A stretch of DNA of 64,000 nt from Patescibacteria group bacterium (GTDB taxonomy: Bacteria > Patescibacteriota > UBA1384 > XYA2-FULL-43-10 > 1-14-0-10-43-13). A program made the position numbers and the translations under genes. Below the pieces are notes generated by a model that saw nothing but the letters and a program-made list of their open reading frames with translations, ran no database searches and had not been told where the DNA came from. Positions 10,046 through 18,976 of this stretch are shown piece by piece. The stretch is taken from assembly GCA_041671645.1 (NCBI GenBank), contig JBAZBD010000001.1, positions 173,365 to 237,364 of the forward strand, written 5' to 3'. Positions within the stretch are counted from its first letter, which is position 1; the number at the start of each line of letters is the position of its first letter.

Positions 10046-10408
10046 ATGTTTGATAAGACCAAAAACAAAAGTACTGGGAACGCGGGAGAGGACGCGGCGA
10101 CAGAATTTCTAAGGCGAAAAGGCTACAAGATTATCGACCGGAATTTAAGATTGTTTTGCGGTGAAATAGATATCTTGGCTGAATATAAGAAAGTGATTGT
10201 TATTGTTGAGGTGAAAACAGTTCGTGGCGCGGGATTTGGGTTAGCCCAAGATCTAGTTCGCTTCGCCAAGCAGAACAAATTGAGATTGTTAGCGAGGGCG
10301 ATTGCGCAGAAATATCCGGGCAGAATGCTCAGAATTGATGTCATTGGCGTTGATTATTCGTCGGGCGAGCCCAAAATAGAACACTTAGAAAACGCAGTCG
10401 AGGGATAG
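10046..10408 (+). CDS. yraN: YraN-family (UPF0102) endonuclease-like protein
   Basis: GEDAATEFLRRKGYKIIDRNLRLFCGEIDILAEY...IVEVKT matches the UPF0102 pattern. A TATAAT box lies 7 nt upstream of the ATG, suggesting a leaderless transcript. Confidence 0.7.
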   Translation: MFDKTKNKSTGNAGEDAATEFLRRKGYKIIDRNLRLFCGEIDILAEYKKVIVIVEVKTVRGAGFGLAQDLVRFAKQNKLRLLARAIAQKYPGRMLRIDVIGVDYSSGEPKIEHLENAVEG

Positions 10409-10451
10409 AAGCAATATTCACTATTGCGAGATATTATGTTAGATTTGGATT

Positions 10452-11855
10452 ATGAATAACAAACCAATTATTACTCGTTTCGCCCCCAGCCCTACAGGGG
10501 AACTCCATATCGGCAGTGCTAGAACTGCTCTTTTCGCATATTTGGCGGCCAAAAGCACCGGAGGCAAATTTTATTTGCGTATTGAGGACACTGATCGTAC
10601 TCGTTATGTCGAAGATTCAGACAAGAGATTGATCGAAGCGCTAGATTGGCTCAAATTGATCCCAGACAACAGAGACAAAATCGTTTTCCAATCCAAAAGG
10701 CTCGAAATTTATCGCAAATACGCGCTGGAATTAGTTGAAAAAGGCAAAGCTTACATTTGCACCTGTTCGAAGGAAAAGATCGATGCTGATCGTGCAACAC
10801 AGGAAAAATCTGGCAAATTGCCAGGTTATCTTGGACATTGTCGTGAGGCCAAGATCAAGTTGGAAGATGTCAAAGAGGGTGAATATGTCATTCGGATGAG
10901 AATGCCCAAGACTGGTAAGGTTGTGGTTCATGACTTGGTTCGAGGAGATGTTGAATTTGATTTATCACTATTCGACGATCAGATATTGCTCAAATCAGAT
11001 GGTTTCCCGACTTACCACTTGGCCTCTGTGGTCGACGATCACGAGATGGGGATTAATTCGGTTCTCCGAGCCGAAGAGTGGCTCTCCTCTACGCCAAAAC
11101 ATATTTTGATTTATGAAGCATTTGGCTGGGATCTGCCGGATTTTGGTCATTTCTCGATGATTTTGGCGCCAGACAAGAGCAAATTGTCGAAGAGACATGG
11201 CGCTGTCTCGGTCGAGCAGTTTATGAACGAAGGGTATCTCAGAGAGGCAATTATCAATTTTGTCGCGTTACTTGGCTGGAATCCCAAAACCGATCAGGAA
11301 ATATTCTCGCTCGAAGAGCTCGAGAAAGAATTCAAAATTGAAAATTTGAACAAGGCGCCGGCCGTCTTCGACATTGTGAAATTGAATAGCATAAATTCAC
11401 AATATTTAGTTAAGCTTCCTTTTGATCGGATCAAGCAAGAATTAGAACGCTTCGGCTTGGAAAAACCGACTCCCGAAATGATTGAAATTGCTCAGCGAGG
11501 CGGATTCGCGACAACAAAGAGTGCAGCCGAATACGTCCTTTCGTTGTTTGAAGAGAAGAAGTTCCCTCCTGAAATGTTAATTTTCAAACGATCCGACAAG
11601 AAAAATACTTTGTTGGCGCTTAAGCAAGTAAGCGATAAGCTCGTAAGCTTGGAAGAGTGGAGTTCAGATAAATTCCAGCAAGCTCTCCAATACACAGTGA
11701 TTGAAAACGGACTAGGTAACGGAGACGTCTTCTGGCCGATCCGTGTCGCACTTTCTGGCGAAGAAAAGTCCCCATCTCCAGTCGAGCTAGCTTTGGCCCT
11801 CGGAAAAGACGAGAGCATCAAGAGAATCCAAACGGCAATCAGGAAATTGAGTTAG
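10452..11855 (+). CDS. gltX: Glutamyl-tRNA synthetase
   Basis: The HIGH region RFAPSPTGELHIGSARTALF and the KMSKS-like KLSKRHG are both present. Confidence 0.95.
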   Translation: MNNKPIITRFAPSPTGELHIGSARTALFAYLAAKSTGGKFYLRIEDTDRTRYVEDSDKRLIEALDWLKLIPDNRDKIVFQSKRLEIYRKYALELVEKGKAYICTCSKEKIDADRATQEKSGKLPGYLGHCREAKIKLEDVKEGEYVIRMRMPKTGKVVVHDLVRGDVEFDLSLFDDQILLKSDGFPTYHLASVVDDHEMGINSVLRAEEWLSSTPKHILIYEAFGWDLPDFGHFSMILAPDKSKLSKRHGAVSVEQFMNEGYLREAIINFVALLGWNPKTDQEIFSLEELEKEFKIENLNKAPAVFDIVKLNSINSQYLVKLPFDRIKQELERFGLEKPTPEMIEIAQRGGFATTKSAAEYVLSLFEEKKFPPEMLIFKRSDKKNTLLALKQVSDKLVSLEEWSSDKFQQALQYTVIENGLGNGDVFWPIRVALSGEEKSPSPVELALALGKDESIKRIQTAIRKLS

Positions 11856-12592
11856 TTTATTTTCAACTTCGTTAGTTCAAATAGTTTCAAATAGATCTTT
11901 TTGTTAGTGGCTAGGAAGGCCTCGCAATATTCTCCTGCGCCAAACATTTTGGCGCGATATGTATTCAATCCCAATATTGCTTCTAGGTACGGGCGGTCTT
12001 TGAGCTGGGAAGTATGGGCCAGAACGGCCTCTTTTTTTATTTCTATCACCGAGTCGATATTGATGAGGCGATTGGCGTATATCGGTTGCCAGACACAATA
12101 TTGCCAAATTTCACCCTTAAAATTGTTTCTCGAGAGGACTTTACCAAGCATGGCAGAGACATCGTAGTGCTCGGGATGCGGATCAGTCAGCCCCGGAGAG
12201 CAGATAATATCGGGGTCAAAGCGCGATACTAGCTCGTCGAGAAGGTCTGGGACTCTTCCATCTATTTCATCGTTGCCCATGCCCCAGAAGCGTGTTTCGG
12301 CTCCAAGCAGAGCGGCAGCTTTCTCCGCTTCCTTACGCCTGACATCATTTTTGCGCTCTCTCATATAGACGATTACGGTCTTCCCGCCGTTTTTCTGATT
12401 TAGCGCGATCACCCCGCCACAGCCTAGGACATCGTCGTCGGGATGGGGCGCCAGTATGAGCAGGCGCTTGCCAGAGAACTGGTCAATAATCTCCTGTTTC
12501 AAGCTGAAACCGAGCGCTTGGCCGATCAATTGAAAACCGAAAATCTTGCGAAGATTGTTTAGACTCAACAAATAATCCATCATTTTGTTCAT
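11852..12592 (-). CDS. PIG-L/LmbE-family N-acetylglucosaminyl deacetylase; the ORF could extend to 12661
   Basis: LLILAPHPDDDVLGCGG and PHPEHYDVS are PIG-L motifs. The chosen start is MNKMMDY, with a TATAAT box just upstream. The 3' end overlaps gltX convergently. Confidence 0.8.
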   Translation of the reverse strand: MNKMMDYLLSLNNLRKIFGFQLIGQALGFSLKQEIIDQFSGKRLLILAPHPDDDVLGCGGVIALNQKNGGKTVIVYMRERKNDVRRKEAEKAAALLGAETRFWGMGNDEIDGRVPDLLDELVSRFDPDIICSPGLTDPHPEHYDVSAMLGKVLSRNNFKGEIWQYCVWQPIYANRLINIDSVIEIKKEAVLAHTSQLKDRPYLEAILGLNTYRAKMFGAGEYCEAFLATNKKIYLKLFELTKLKIN

Positions 12593-12649
12593 AGTCTGAT
12601 TATAGTACAAAAGGGAACTTGTTCCAAATTTGGAATAAGTGATACAATT

Positions 12650-13783
12650 ATGGTAATGCAAAAAGGTCGCGCAAAGGTTGTAATTGTGACAGCTGATTCT
12701 AAGGTTGGCGGAGGGTCAAGCCATATTTTGGGTTTGATCAGAAATCTAGACCGCGACAAATTTGAACTCCATTTAGTCTGCCCCTCGGGGTACCTTTCCA
12801 AATTGGCCAAGCAGATAAACTCTGTCGATGTCTACAACATCCCGATGAGCTCAAAGTTTGATTTGGAGTCAATATTTGCGCTCCGGACACGTCTTCGACA
12901 GATTCAGTCTGCTGGCAATCCTTTCACTCCGTTCCTAATCCACACTCATGGCCCCCGTGCCGGATTTTTTGCTAGTCTAGTTGCTCCGAGAATGGCAAGG
13001 AAAGTTTATACCGAGCATATTTACGATCAGAATTATCGACTTCCGAGCACGATCAATGGTTGGATTCAGAAGATGATGTTACGCAAGGTTTGCCTTGAGC
13101 AAGATTTGGTTTTGGCAGTTTCGACATCAGTTAAGAAGTTCTTGGTTAGTAACAAGTTTGCGGACGCGAATCAGGTTAAGGTCGTGCCAAACGGTCTCGA
13201 TGTAGAGGCTTGGTCAGCGCAAAAACGCAAGATTGAGCTTTCGGCAAACGCACCGATTATCGGTACACTAGGCACTTTGAACGCCCAGAAGGGGCAAAAG
13301 TTTTTGATCTCGGCTTTTAAGGAAGTTCTCAAAAAATTTGAGCATGCAACGCTAGAAATCATTGGCGATGGCCCATTATTTGAAGCCCTAAAGTCGCAAA
13401 CTAGAAGCTTAAAGATTGAGGGAAGAGTCAAATTCTTGGGAGCAAAGGAAAATCCGATTGAGTATATGCGCGATTGGAGTCTTTTCGCCTTGCCATCGAT
13501 ATCAGAAACCTTTGGCATCGCCGCCCTCGAAGCGATGGCGCTCGGCATTCCGGTCGTTGCCTCCAAAGTTGGCGGCTTGCCAGACATTATAGACAATCAG
13601 AAAAACGGGATTTTGGTGCCAGCCAAGGATGCGGAAATTCTGGCCAAGGCAATGCTAGGCGTGCTAGAACATCCAGCAGTTGCGGCCAAGCTTCGTCGCG
13701 AAGGCGAGAAGAGGGCAGCAGATTTCGATATCAAAAAAGTTGTCAGAGAAATTGAGGAAGTATATTTAAAATTAGTGGGATAA
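12650..13783 (+). CDS. GT4 (group 1) glycosyltransferase
   Basis: FALPSISETFGIAALEAMALGIPVVASKVGGLPDII is an EX7E motif. Confidence 0.85.
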   Translation: MVMQKGRAKVVIVTADSKVGGGSSHILGLIRNLDRDKFELHLVCPSGYLSKLAKQINSVDVYNIPMSSKFDLESIFALRTRLRQIQSAGNPFTPFLIHTHGPRAGFFASLVAPRMARKVYTEHIYDQNYRLPSTINGWIQKMMLRKVCLEQDLVLAVSTSVKKFLVSNKFADANQVKVVPNGLDVEAWSAQKRKIELSANAPIIGTLGTLNAQKGQKFLISAFKEVLKKFEHATLEIIGDGPLFEALKSQTRSLKIEGRVKFLGAKENPIEYMRDWSLFALPSISETFGIAALEAMALGIPVVASKVGGLPDIIDNQKNGILVPAKDAEILAKAMLGVLEHPAVAAKLRREGEKRAADFDIKKVVREIEEVYLKLVG

Positions 13784-13786
13784 CGG

Positions 13787-14092
13787 ATGGAACGAATTCT
13801 TGTAAACATTGATTCTGGCGGAGTCTCTGTGGTGGGCGTACTGGGCGACGAAGAGAAGCTGATATTGGAGAGACAAATCGATTTTGTCGGCAATTTTCAT
13901 CCATCTCGCGGGCTTCATTTCAATGACGAGGAAGCCCTGATCAGATTGCTCGAGCGGATCAGCGCAAATTATTTTGACAAAAGAATTGAGGCAAAAGCCT
14001 CGGGGATATTTGAGAAATTGGACAGAAGATTCTTCGAAGAGCTCAAACGTGAAGCTTTCAAAAGATCAAAAATAGAGTTACAATTAGCGTAA
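13787..14092 (+). CDS. Hypothetical protein (101 aa)
   Basis: The ORF starts 4 nt after the GT4 stop. Confidence 0.5.
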   Translation: MERILVNIDSGGVSVVGVLGDEEKLILERQIDFVGNFHPSRGLHFNDEEALIRLLERISANYFDKRIEAKASGIFEKLDRRFFEELKREAFKRSKIELQLA

Positions 14093-14111
14093 GAATTAAT
14101 GGGGAGGGGTT

Positions 14112-14432
14112 ATGGCCGATCAAGATGTGAAGAAAAGTCTAGACGATATCAAAGATGATCTATTTTCTGCGTTAAATATTGCCGGAGTGTCTGACTCTGA
14201 CAAGAAAGTTTTGGCTGCCAAGATGTACAGGGCGGTTGAGGACAGAGCGATTGCACGTTTCATGACTGAGGCGACAGAAGAACAAAAAGCCAAGATTGAT
14301 GAGATTGCGAAGCAAAACGATCCAAAATTGTTTGACCAATATATCGAGGACAATTACGCTAGCATCGAGCAGATCTTCCAAGAGGAAGCGCTCAAACTAA
14401 GAAGTGATCTAATCGCCAAATTCGGCAAATAG
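14112..14432 (+). CDS. Hypothetical protein (106 aa)
   Basis: The ORF has a GGAGGGG RBS. Confidence 0.5.
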   Translation: MADQDVKKSLDDIKDDLFSALNIAGVSDSDKKVLAAKMYRAVEDRAIARFMTEATEEQKAKIDEIAKQNDPKLFDQYIEDNYASIEQIFQEEALKLRSDLIAKFGK

Positions 14433-14442
14433 GAGGGATATT

Positions 14443-17019
14443 ATGGGAGAGAGCAAAGGCGGATCTGAAAAATCATTTTGGGGCAATTTATTTGGTGGGA
14501 AAAAAGAGACTTCAGCCTTAGAGGATTCGAAAAGGTTAGCAGAGGAATTTAAAAATATTGGAACTGGGTCACCGAAAAATGAGGTTAAGCCGGTTGGTAG
14601 TTTTCTAGACATTAAATCAGATGCCACAGCTATGCCAATCGATGTTAAGCAAGAACGGAAAGAAGTTCTTGATGAGGCACTTTTGACTACTGGAGTCCCT
14701 TCAGATGTTGATGCTGAGCTGAATCAATCTGAGCGTTTCCTTTCGTCGGACGAGTTTCAGCGTTGGATTGATTCTGCCGCTTCCAGTGTCAATGGTGAGT
14801 CTGTTGGTGTCGGAGAAGAACAGATCCAGGATCAAAAAGTGAAAGAGATTACCAGCGACCCTCTCCTCGAGGTCCAGAAAAGTCCGACCGAGGCTCTGAT
14901 TAAGTTCAAGGAAGCTCTTCGGAAAAATGCCAAGAATATTGCCCGAGTGGTGTTGGCCTGTGTAATTGTGGGTCTTGGGTCTACTGTGGTGAACAAAAAT
15001 ACCGAGAATCGTCCGCCGACATCGCAGATACTGCCTCCTACATCATCCGTGATACAGCAGTCGCCTGATGATTCTGCTGGGCCTGGATTTGTGCCTGATG
15101 ATACGATTCCAAATTTCAATCAGCCTGCCGTCATGCCGGGGCTAGATGGAAAATCGCCAGCAGACGATTTCCTCTCGCAAACCAATCCACGAGATATATT
15201 CGAGCCTCAGGGTGATATGAAGGGCGCCGCCAATCCGCTTATCGGTGGTGGCGTTGATCTGGCTAAGCCTGCCGTCGGACCGGATTTAACTCAAAGAGCT
15301 CCTGGTCTAGCTGATGGTGCTAACAACGCAGATAAAACTTTAGGAGATACCGATATTGGCGCTACAACGATTACCCCACCTCCACCGGACAAAATTGAAA
15401 GAGGCGACCTGGCTCCCAAGACGTTGCTTAGTGACCCACACAATACAAATTTCAAAAATGAACATTTTCAAGATCTTGAGGCTGGCAAAGCCCATGATAT
15501 CGCGAAGGAAATTCTAGATGGCTATCTCAACAATCCTGCCAAAAACACCAAGGGCGTGACTCTCACTCCTGAGCAAAATGAGCAGGTTATTGATGCAGTG
15601 AACAAAGAGATCATTAAGCAGGGTTACGCAAACCTTGATGGTTCTATCGACAAAGACAAAGAGGCCAATGTCCGCATGTTCGACCCCATGAAAGTCGTAC
15701 CAGAAGCCATAGATACAGTTTTGGCAGGGCAGACCACGGTGTCACAATCGCCGGATATGATGAAAATACCTACCCTCAATGATATCCCGACTCCCATCGA
15801 TAATATAACTCGTAATGGATCGTTGACACCAATAGCGACGGGTGAGGTTTTCGGGCCAAAAGTCGAGCTGACAAGCGTCGATAATATCAAACCTATCGCT
15901 GATGCGGCAAATGCAGACTCGGAAATCGACAAAGGGAAAACCGAAGAAAGCACAAATCCGCTCAAAGATGTTCTGGCTAATCCCAATATTACAATCGACA
16001 AGATTGAACCCGCTCCGCCCTCTACGGCTCAGGTTATAGCCAAAATATCGGGCGAAAAGCCAGATTTGACCTCAAATGAACTTTCAAAATTGAGACCTGG
16101 GATGGACAATGCATTGCCTGCGCTAGAGGATGACTCTGCTGGCGCGGTAAGCGTAGCGCCAGCCCCTGTGACAAAATTGGAAGTGGGCGCTCCATTAATC
16201 GTCCCTGATAATTCAGAGCCTCTGGTTGACCCAAATATAGGTCGCAAGGCATTTACCGGATTATTTGGTCGTGGAGTAATGTCAGCAGAAGAAGCGGACA
16301 AGGCTGGCGCCGTCAAGTGGGTCCCAGGCCAGAAGGTCGCTCCGAAACCTCAGGGTTCGGGGATCAAATGGCCGAGTCGAAGCAGTAGCGAAGTTGTGAA
16401 ATCAGAAAATGTGGTCACTGCTGACTCTGGTGATTTTCCGGGAGATTACAAAACTTCGAAAGAATCATCCGATTTCTCTGAGCAGGCGACGAAGGAAGCC
16501 GCGCTCAAAAGTCCAGCCGAAAGAGAGAAGGCGGCCCGGACATTCTTGAGACAGTCTGAGAAACTCGTGGCCAAAAACCCTGATGCGAAAATAGCCGAAG
16601 CTCAGCTTGATGAAACAAAAATGAAGCTTCTAACTCTTACCAGCGGTACAAGCGCGGAAAATGCTCAGAAGTTTAACGCTATTTGGAATAGGATATTCGT
16701 TGTCTTGCAGGAGAAAGGTGCTGGTGCTGTTGCTGACCTTGCCAAGGATATCAAGGATCACCCAGATAGAGTGTCGCAACATTTCCCAGGACTTGTCCCA
16801 GATAGCGCAGACAAACCTGCGGTCGCGCCGACTGAAGTTGGTGCGAGTAGCCCAGACGGAGAGTGGGTGGGAGTCGAGATGACTAGAGGAAAGTTCAAAT
16901 GGGCCCCAGTCATTCTGGAATTTCTAAAGAACTGGGATTTTCGAGGCAAGTTATATATTGGGTTAAAGACGATTATTAACGCAACTGATAACTCTGCAGA
17001 AAACCTTCAAGGCAAGTAA
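14443..17019 (+). CDS. Large (858 aa) P/S/T/D-rich membrane-anchored surface protein, hypothetical
   Basis: It has a single TM segment, NIARVVLACVIVGLGSTVV, followed by low-complexity extracellular sequence. The RBS is aggaggga. Confidence 0.6.
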   Translation: MGESKGGSEKSFWGNLFGGKKETSALEDSKRLAEEFKNIGTGSPKNEVKPVGSFLDIKSDATAMPIDVKQERKEVLDEALLTTGVPSDVDAELNQSERFLSSDEFQRWIDSAASSVNGESVGVGEEQIQDQKVKEITSDPLLEVQKSPTEALIKFKEALRKNAKNIARVVLACVIVGLGSTVVNKNTENRPPTSQILPPTSSVIQQSPDDSAGPGFVPDDTIPNFNQPAVMPGLDGKSPADDFLSQTNPRDIFEPQGDMKGAANPLIGGGVDLAKPAVGPDLTQRAPGLADGANNADKTLGDTDIGATTITPPPPDKIERGDLAPKTLLSDPHNTNFKNEHFQDLEAGKAHDIAKEILDGYLNNPAKNTKGVTLTPEQNEQVIDAVNKEIIKQGYANLDGSIDKDKEANVRMFDPMKVVPEAIDTVLAGQTTVSQSPDMMKIPTLNDIPTPIDNITRNGSLTPIATGEVFGPKVELTSVDNIKPIADAANADSEIDKGKTEESTNPLKDVLANPNITIDKIEPAPPSTAQVIAKISGEKPDLTSNELSKLRPGMDNALPALEDDSAGAVSVAPAPVTKLEVGAPLIVPDNSEPLVDPNIGRKAFTGLFGRGVMSAEEADKAGAVKWVPGQKVAPKPQGSGIKWPSRSSSEVVKSENVVTADSGDFPGDYKTSKESSDFSEQATKEAALKSPAEREKAARTFLRQSEKLVAKNPDAKIAEAQLDETKMKLLTLTSGTSAENAQKFNAIWNRIFVVLQEKGAGAVADLAKDIKDHPDRVSQHFPGLVPDSADKPAVAPTEVGASSPDGEWVGVEMTRGKFKWAPVILEFLKNWDFRGKLYIGLKTIINATDNSAENLQGK

Positions 17020-17041
17020 AAACGCTAATTGATTATATGGG

Positions 17042-17068
17042 AAAACGGCCTCCAAGGGGTCGTTTTTT
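17042..17068 (+). terminator. Rho-independent terminator
   Basis: The stem aaaacggcc/ggtcgtttt includes one G-U pair and is followed by a T-run. Confidence 0.7.
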
Positions 17069-17132
17069 CTATTTGGAGCTTGAGAAAAAGGGCAAAACAT
17101 GATAGTCTAACTTAGAATTATTCCGATAATAA

Positions 17133-17206
17133 TCCGAGATCGTCTAGTGGCAGGACAGCAGATTCTGGATCTGCTTACCTAGGTTCGAATCCTAGTCTCG
17201 GAACCA
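17133..17206 (+). tRNA. tRNA-Gln (anticodon CUG)
   Basis: A cloverleaf folds by eye: acceptor TCCGAGA/TCTCGGA, anticodon stem GCAGA/TCTGC with loop ttCTGga, T-arm CTAGG-TTCGAAT-CCTAG, and an encoded CCA. Confidence 0.85.
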
Positions 17207-17300
17207 AGATAAGAACGCCAAGAAATTGGTGTTTTTATTATGGCCTTGATATATTGTTTGCAAATGACTGATCTAATTAAAACTCTTTCGGGGAGGAAAA

Positions 17301-18107
17301 ATGGCAGGTGATGAGATAAAAGGCGGCGATCCCAAGGTCCAGATAGAGGCAGCTAAGTTTGCGATTCAGCAGTTTGTGAAAGATGTCGCCGAAAAAACCG
17401 GTGTTGACCCTGACAAACTAATCAGCGAAGTGAATGAATCGGGAGATTTCCAATTTCGTCAAATCGATCAAGAATTGTACGAAAAGCTGACTGATTTACA
17501 GAAAATCCTTGTCTCACTCTCGTATGGTCTCGAGGAATCGATCAGGGGCGAGGAATATCTAGCCAAGTATCCCGATCCTAGAGTACCTGAGTTTTGGCGC
17601 AGTTCAAGATTTGTCGAACATGTAGAGCCAAAGGAACCACCTAAGTATTGGGAAAAGAGCTATCCTGACGTTGAGTTCGGTAGCTATATATCGAAAGGCA
17701 CTTCGGGCATAGATTCTAGTATGGTAGCTAAATCGGGGCTGAAAATTAAGCTGGACGATAAATTAGTACTAACCAAAGAAGAACTTCAATTCGTCAAGGG
17801 TCTGGTCGGATTTGACCCCGAAATTAACGATAGAGAAAATCACGCTGTTGGCGGCAAGTCCAGAATGTATGCCAGCATGTGCCCCTACCATAAGACAAAG
17901 ATCCCTAATTTATTTGTCGAGCAAGAAAGGCTAGGGGGTACAGCATATAATAATGCCGAAGCGATCAATTTTATTGTCCATCAATACGACATTGGCGGTT
18001 ATGAAGATGGAAGTCCGATGAGCGGCACCCAAGGAGGTCCACTAAAAAAGACCGCTGACCCAAGGAGTCTATATGAAAAACCCGATTCCGATACGCCAGC
18101 GAGCTAG
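17301..18107 (+). CDS. Hypothetical protein (268 aa)
   Basis: The ORF has the RBS gggagg. Confidence 0.55.
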   Translation: MAGDEIKGGDPKVQIEAAKFAIQQFVKDVAEKTGVDPDKLISEVNESGDFQFRQIDQELYEKLTDLQKILVSLSYGLEESIRGEEYLAKYPDPRVPEFWRSSRFVEHVEPKEPPKYWEKSYPDVEFGSYISKGTSGIDSSMVAKSGLKIKLDDKLVLTKEELQFVKGLVGFDPEINDRENHAVGGKSRMYASMCPYHKTKIPNLFVEQERLGGTAYNNAEAINFIVHQYDIGGYEDGSPMSGTQGGPLKKTADPRSLYEKPDSDTPAS

Positions 18108-18199
18108 AATATCTTTATTTTAAGAACCAATATCCTGGCGCATATAGCCGTACCTAGTTAATAGTATTCTCAAGACGTCAAGCGAGGGTGATTTTTTCG

Positions 18200-18228
18200 T
18201 TGACAGATATGTCATTTTGTGTTAGTAT
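18200..18228 (+). promoter_or_regulatory. Sigma70-like promoter for the GGDEF gene
   Basis: TTGACA, a 17-nt spacer, TAGTAT. Confidence 0.55.
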
Positions 18229-18266
18229 TGTGTACATGTTTGGGCTCGCGGATACTTGATCTCTCG

Positions 18267-18298
18267 ACAGTTGTCTATAGAAAATTACAGACAATTGT
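18267..18298 (+). promoter_or_regulatory. Operator-like inverted repeat between the promoter and the RBS
   Basis: ACAGTTGTCT, a 12-nt spacer, AGACAATTGT: 10-bp arms with 1 mismatch. Confidence 0.4.
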
Positions 18299-18312
18299 TC
18301 GGGAGGAGTAGT

Positions 18313-18891
18313 ATGAATCGAAAAAACGACAGCGTAATTTGCTTGTCCGCCATCGCTTTAATTGGGATTGCGGCCACGGCAATTCTGACGGTTGAGAACA
18401 GGAGATTGGCTTCGCTTCTTGAGGAAGCGGCGACCGATCATCTGACCGGTATACCCACCAGAAGACACCTGATGAGAAGTCTCAAAAGGTTGGAAATGGG
18501 CGGCGTTCGTTCTCTGCCGCTGGCAGTTCTGGTCATCGATGCCAACGGTCTCAAGGAGACCAACGATTTGCATGGTCACAAAGCGGGAGATAGACTCCTG
18601 CAGGTGATAGCAGAGATAATTATTGAAAATGTCCGCCCCAATGACATTTTCGGCCGATTGGGCGGCGATGAATTTATCATCGTTCTGCCAAATACTGATT
18701 TGGATGGTGCTGAGCTTGTAGCCAAGAGGTTGCAAACAGCTTGCGCGTCTTCCTATTTCAAGTATCCCGTATCGGTTTCGATTGGGATTGCGGTTAGGGA
18801 AGATTTATCCAAACCGATTGATAAAATCATTCATGAGGCCGACCAAGAAATGTACAAGGCGAAAGCCGCGTACAAGAAGGCTCATGTTTGA
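18313..18891 (+). CDS. GGDEF-domain diguanylate cyclase with an N-terminal TM helix; the ORF could extend to 18256
   Basis: RLGGDEFIIVL gives the GGDEF motif, DANGLKETNDLHGHKAGD is typical, and the TM segment is ICLSAIALIGIAATAIL. Confidence 0.8.
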   Translation: MNRKNDSVICLSAIALIGIAATAILTVENRRLASLLEEAATDHLTGIPTRRHLMRSLKRLEMGGVRSLPLAVLVIDANGLKETNDLHGHKAGDRLLQVIAEIIIENVRPNDIFGRLGGDEFIIVLPNTDLDGAELVAKRLQTACASSYFKYPVSVSIGIAVREDLSKPIDKIIHEADQEMYKAKAAYKKAHV

Positions 18892-18912
18892 ACTAAATTT
18901 ACTGGTGGCACC

Positions 18913-18955
18913 TCGATATATATCGGAGTGCCACATTTTATTTGTAGAAACATTT
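18913..18955 (+). terminator. Rho-independent terminator
   Basis: The stem GTGGCAC...GTGCCAC has an inner CTCGATATATATCGGAG and is followed by attttattt. Confidence 0.7.
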
Positions 18956-18976
18956 TTTTCTTATTATACTTGACTC

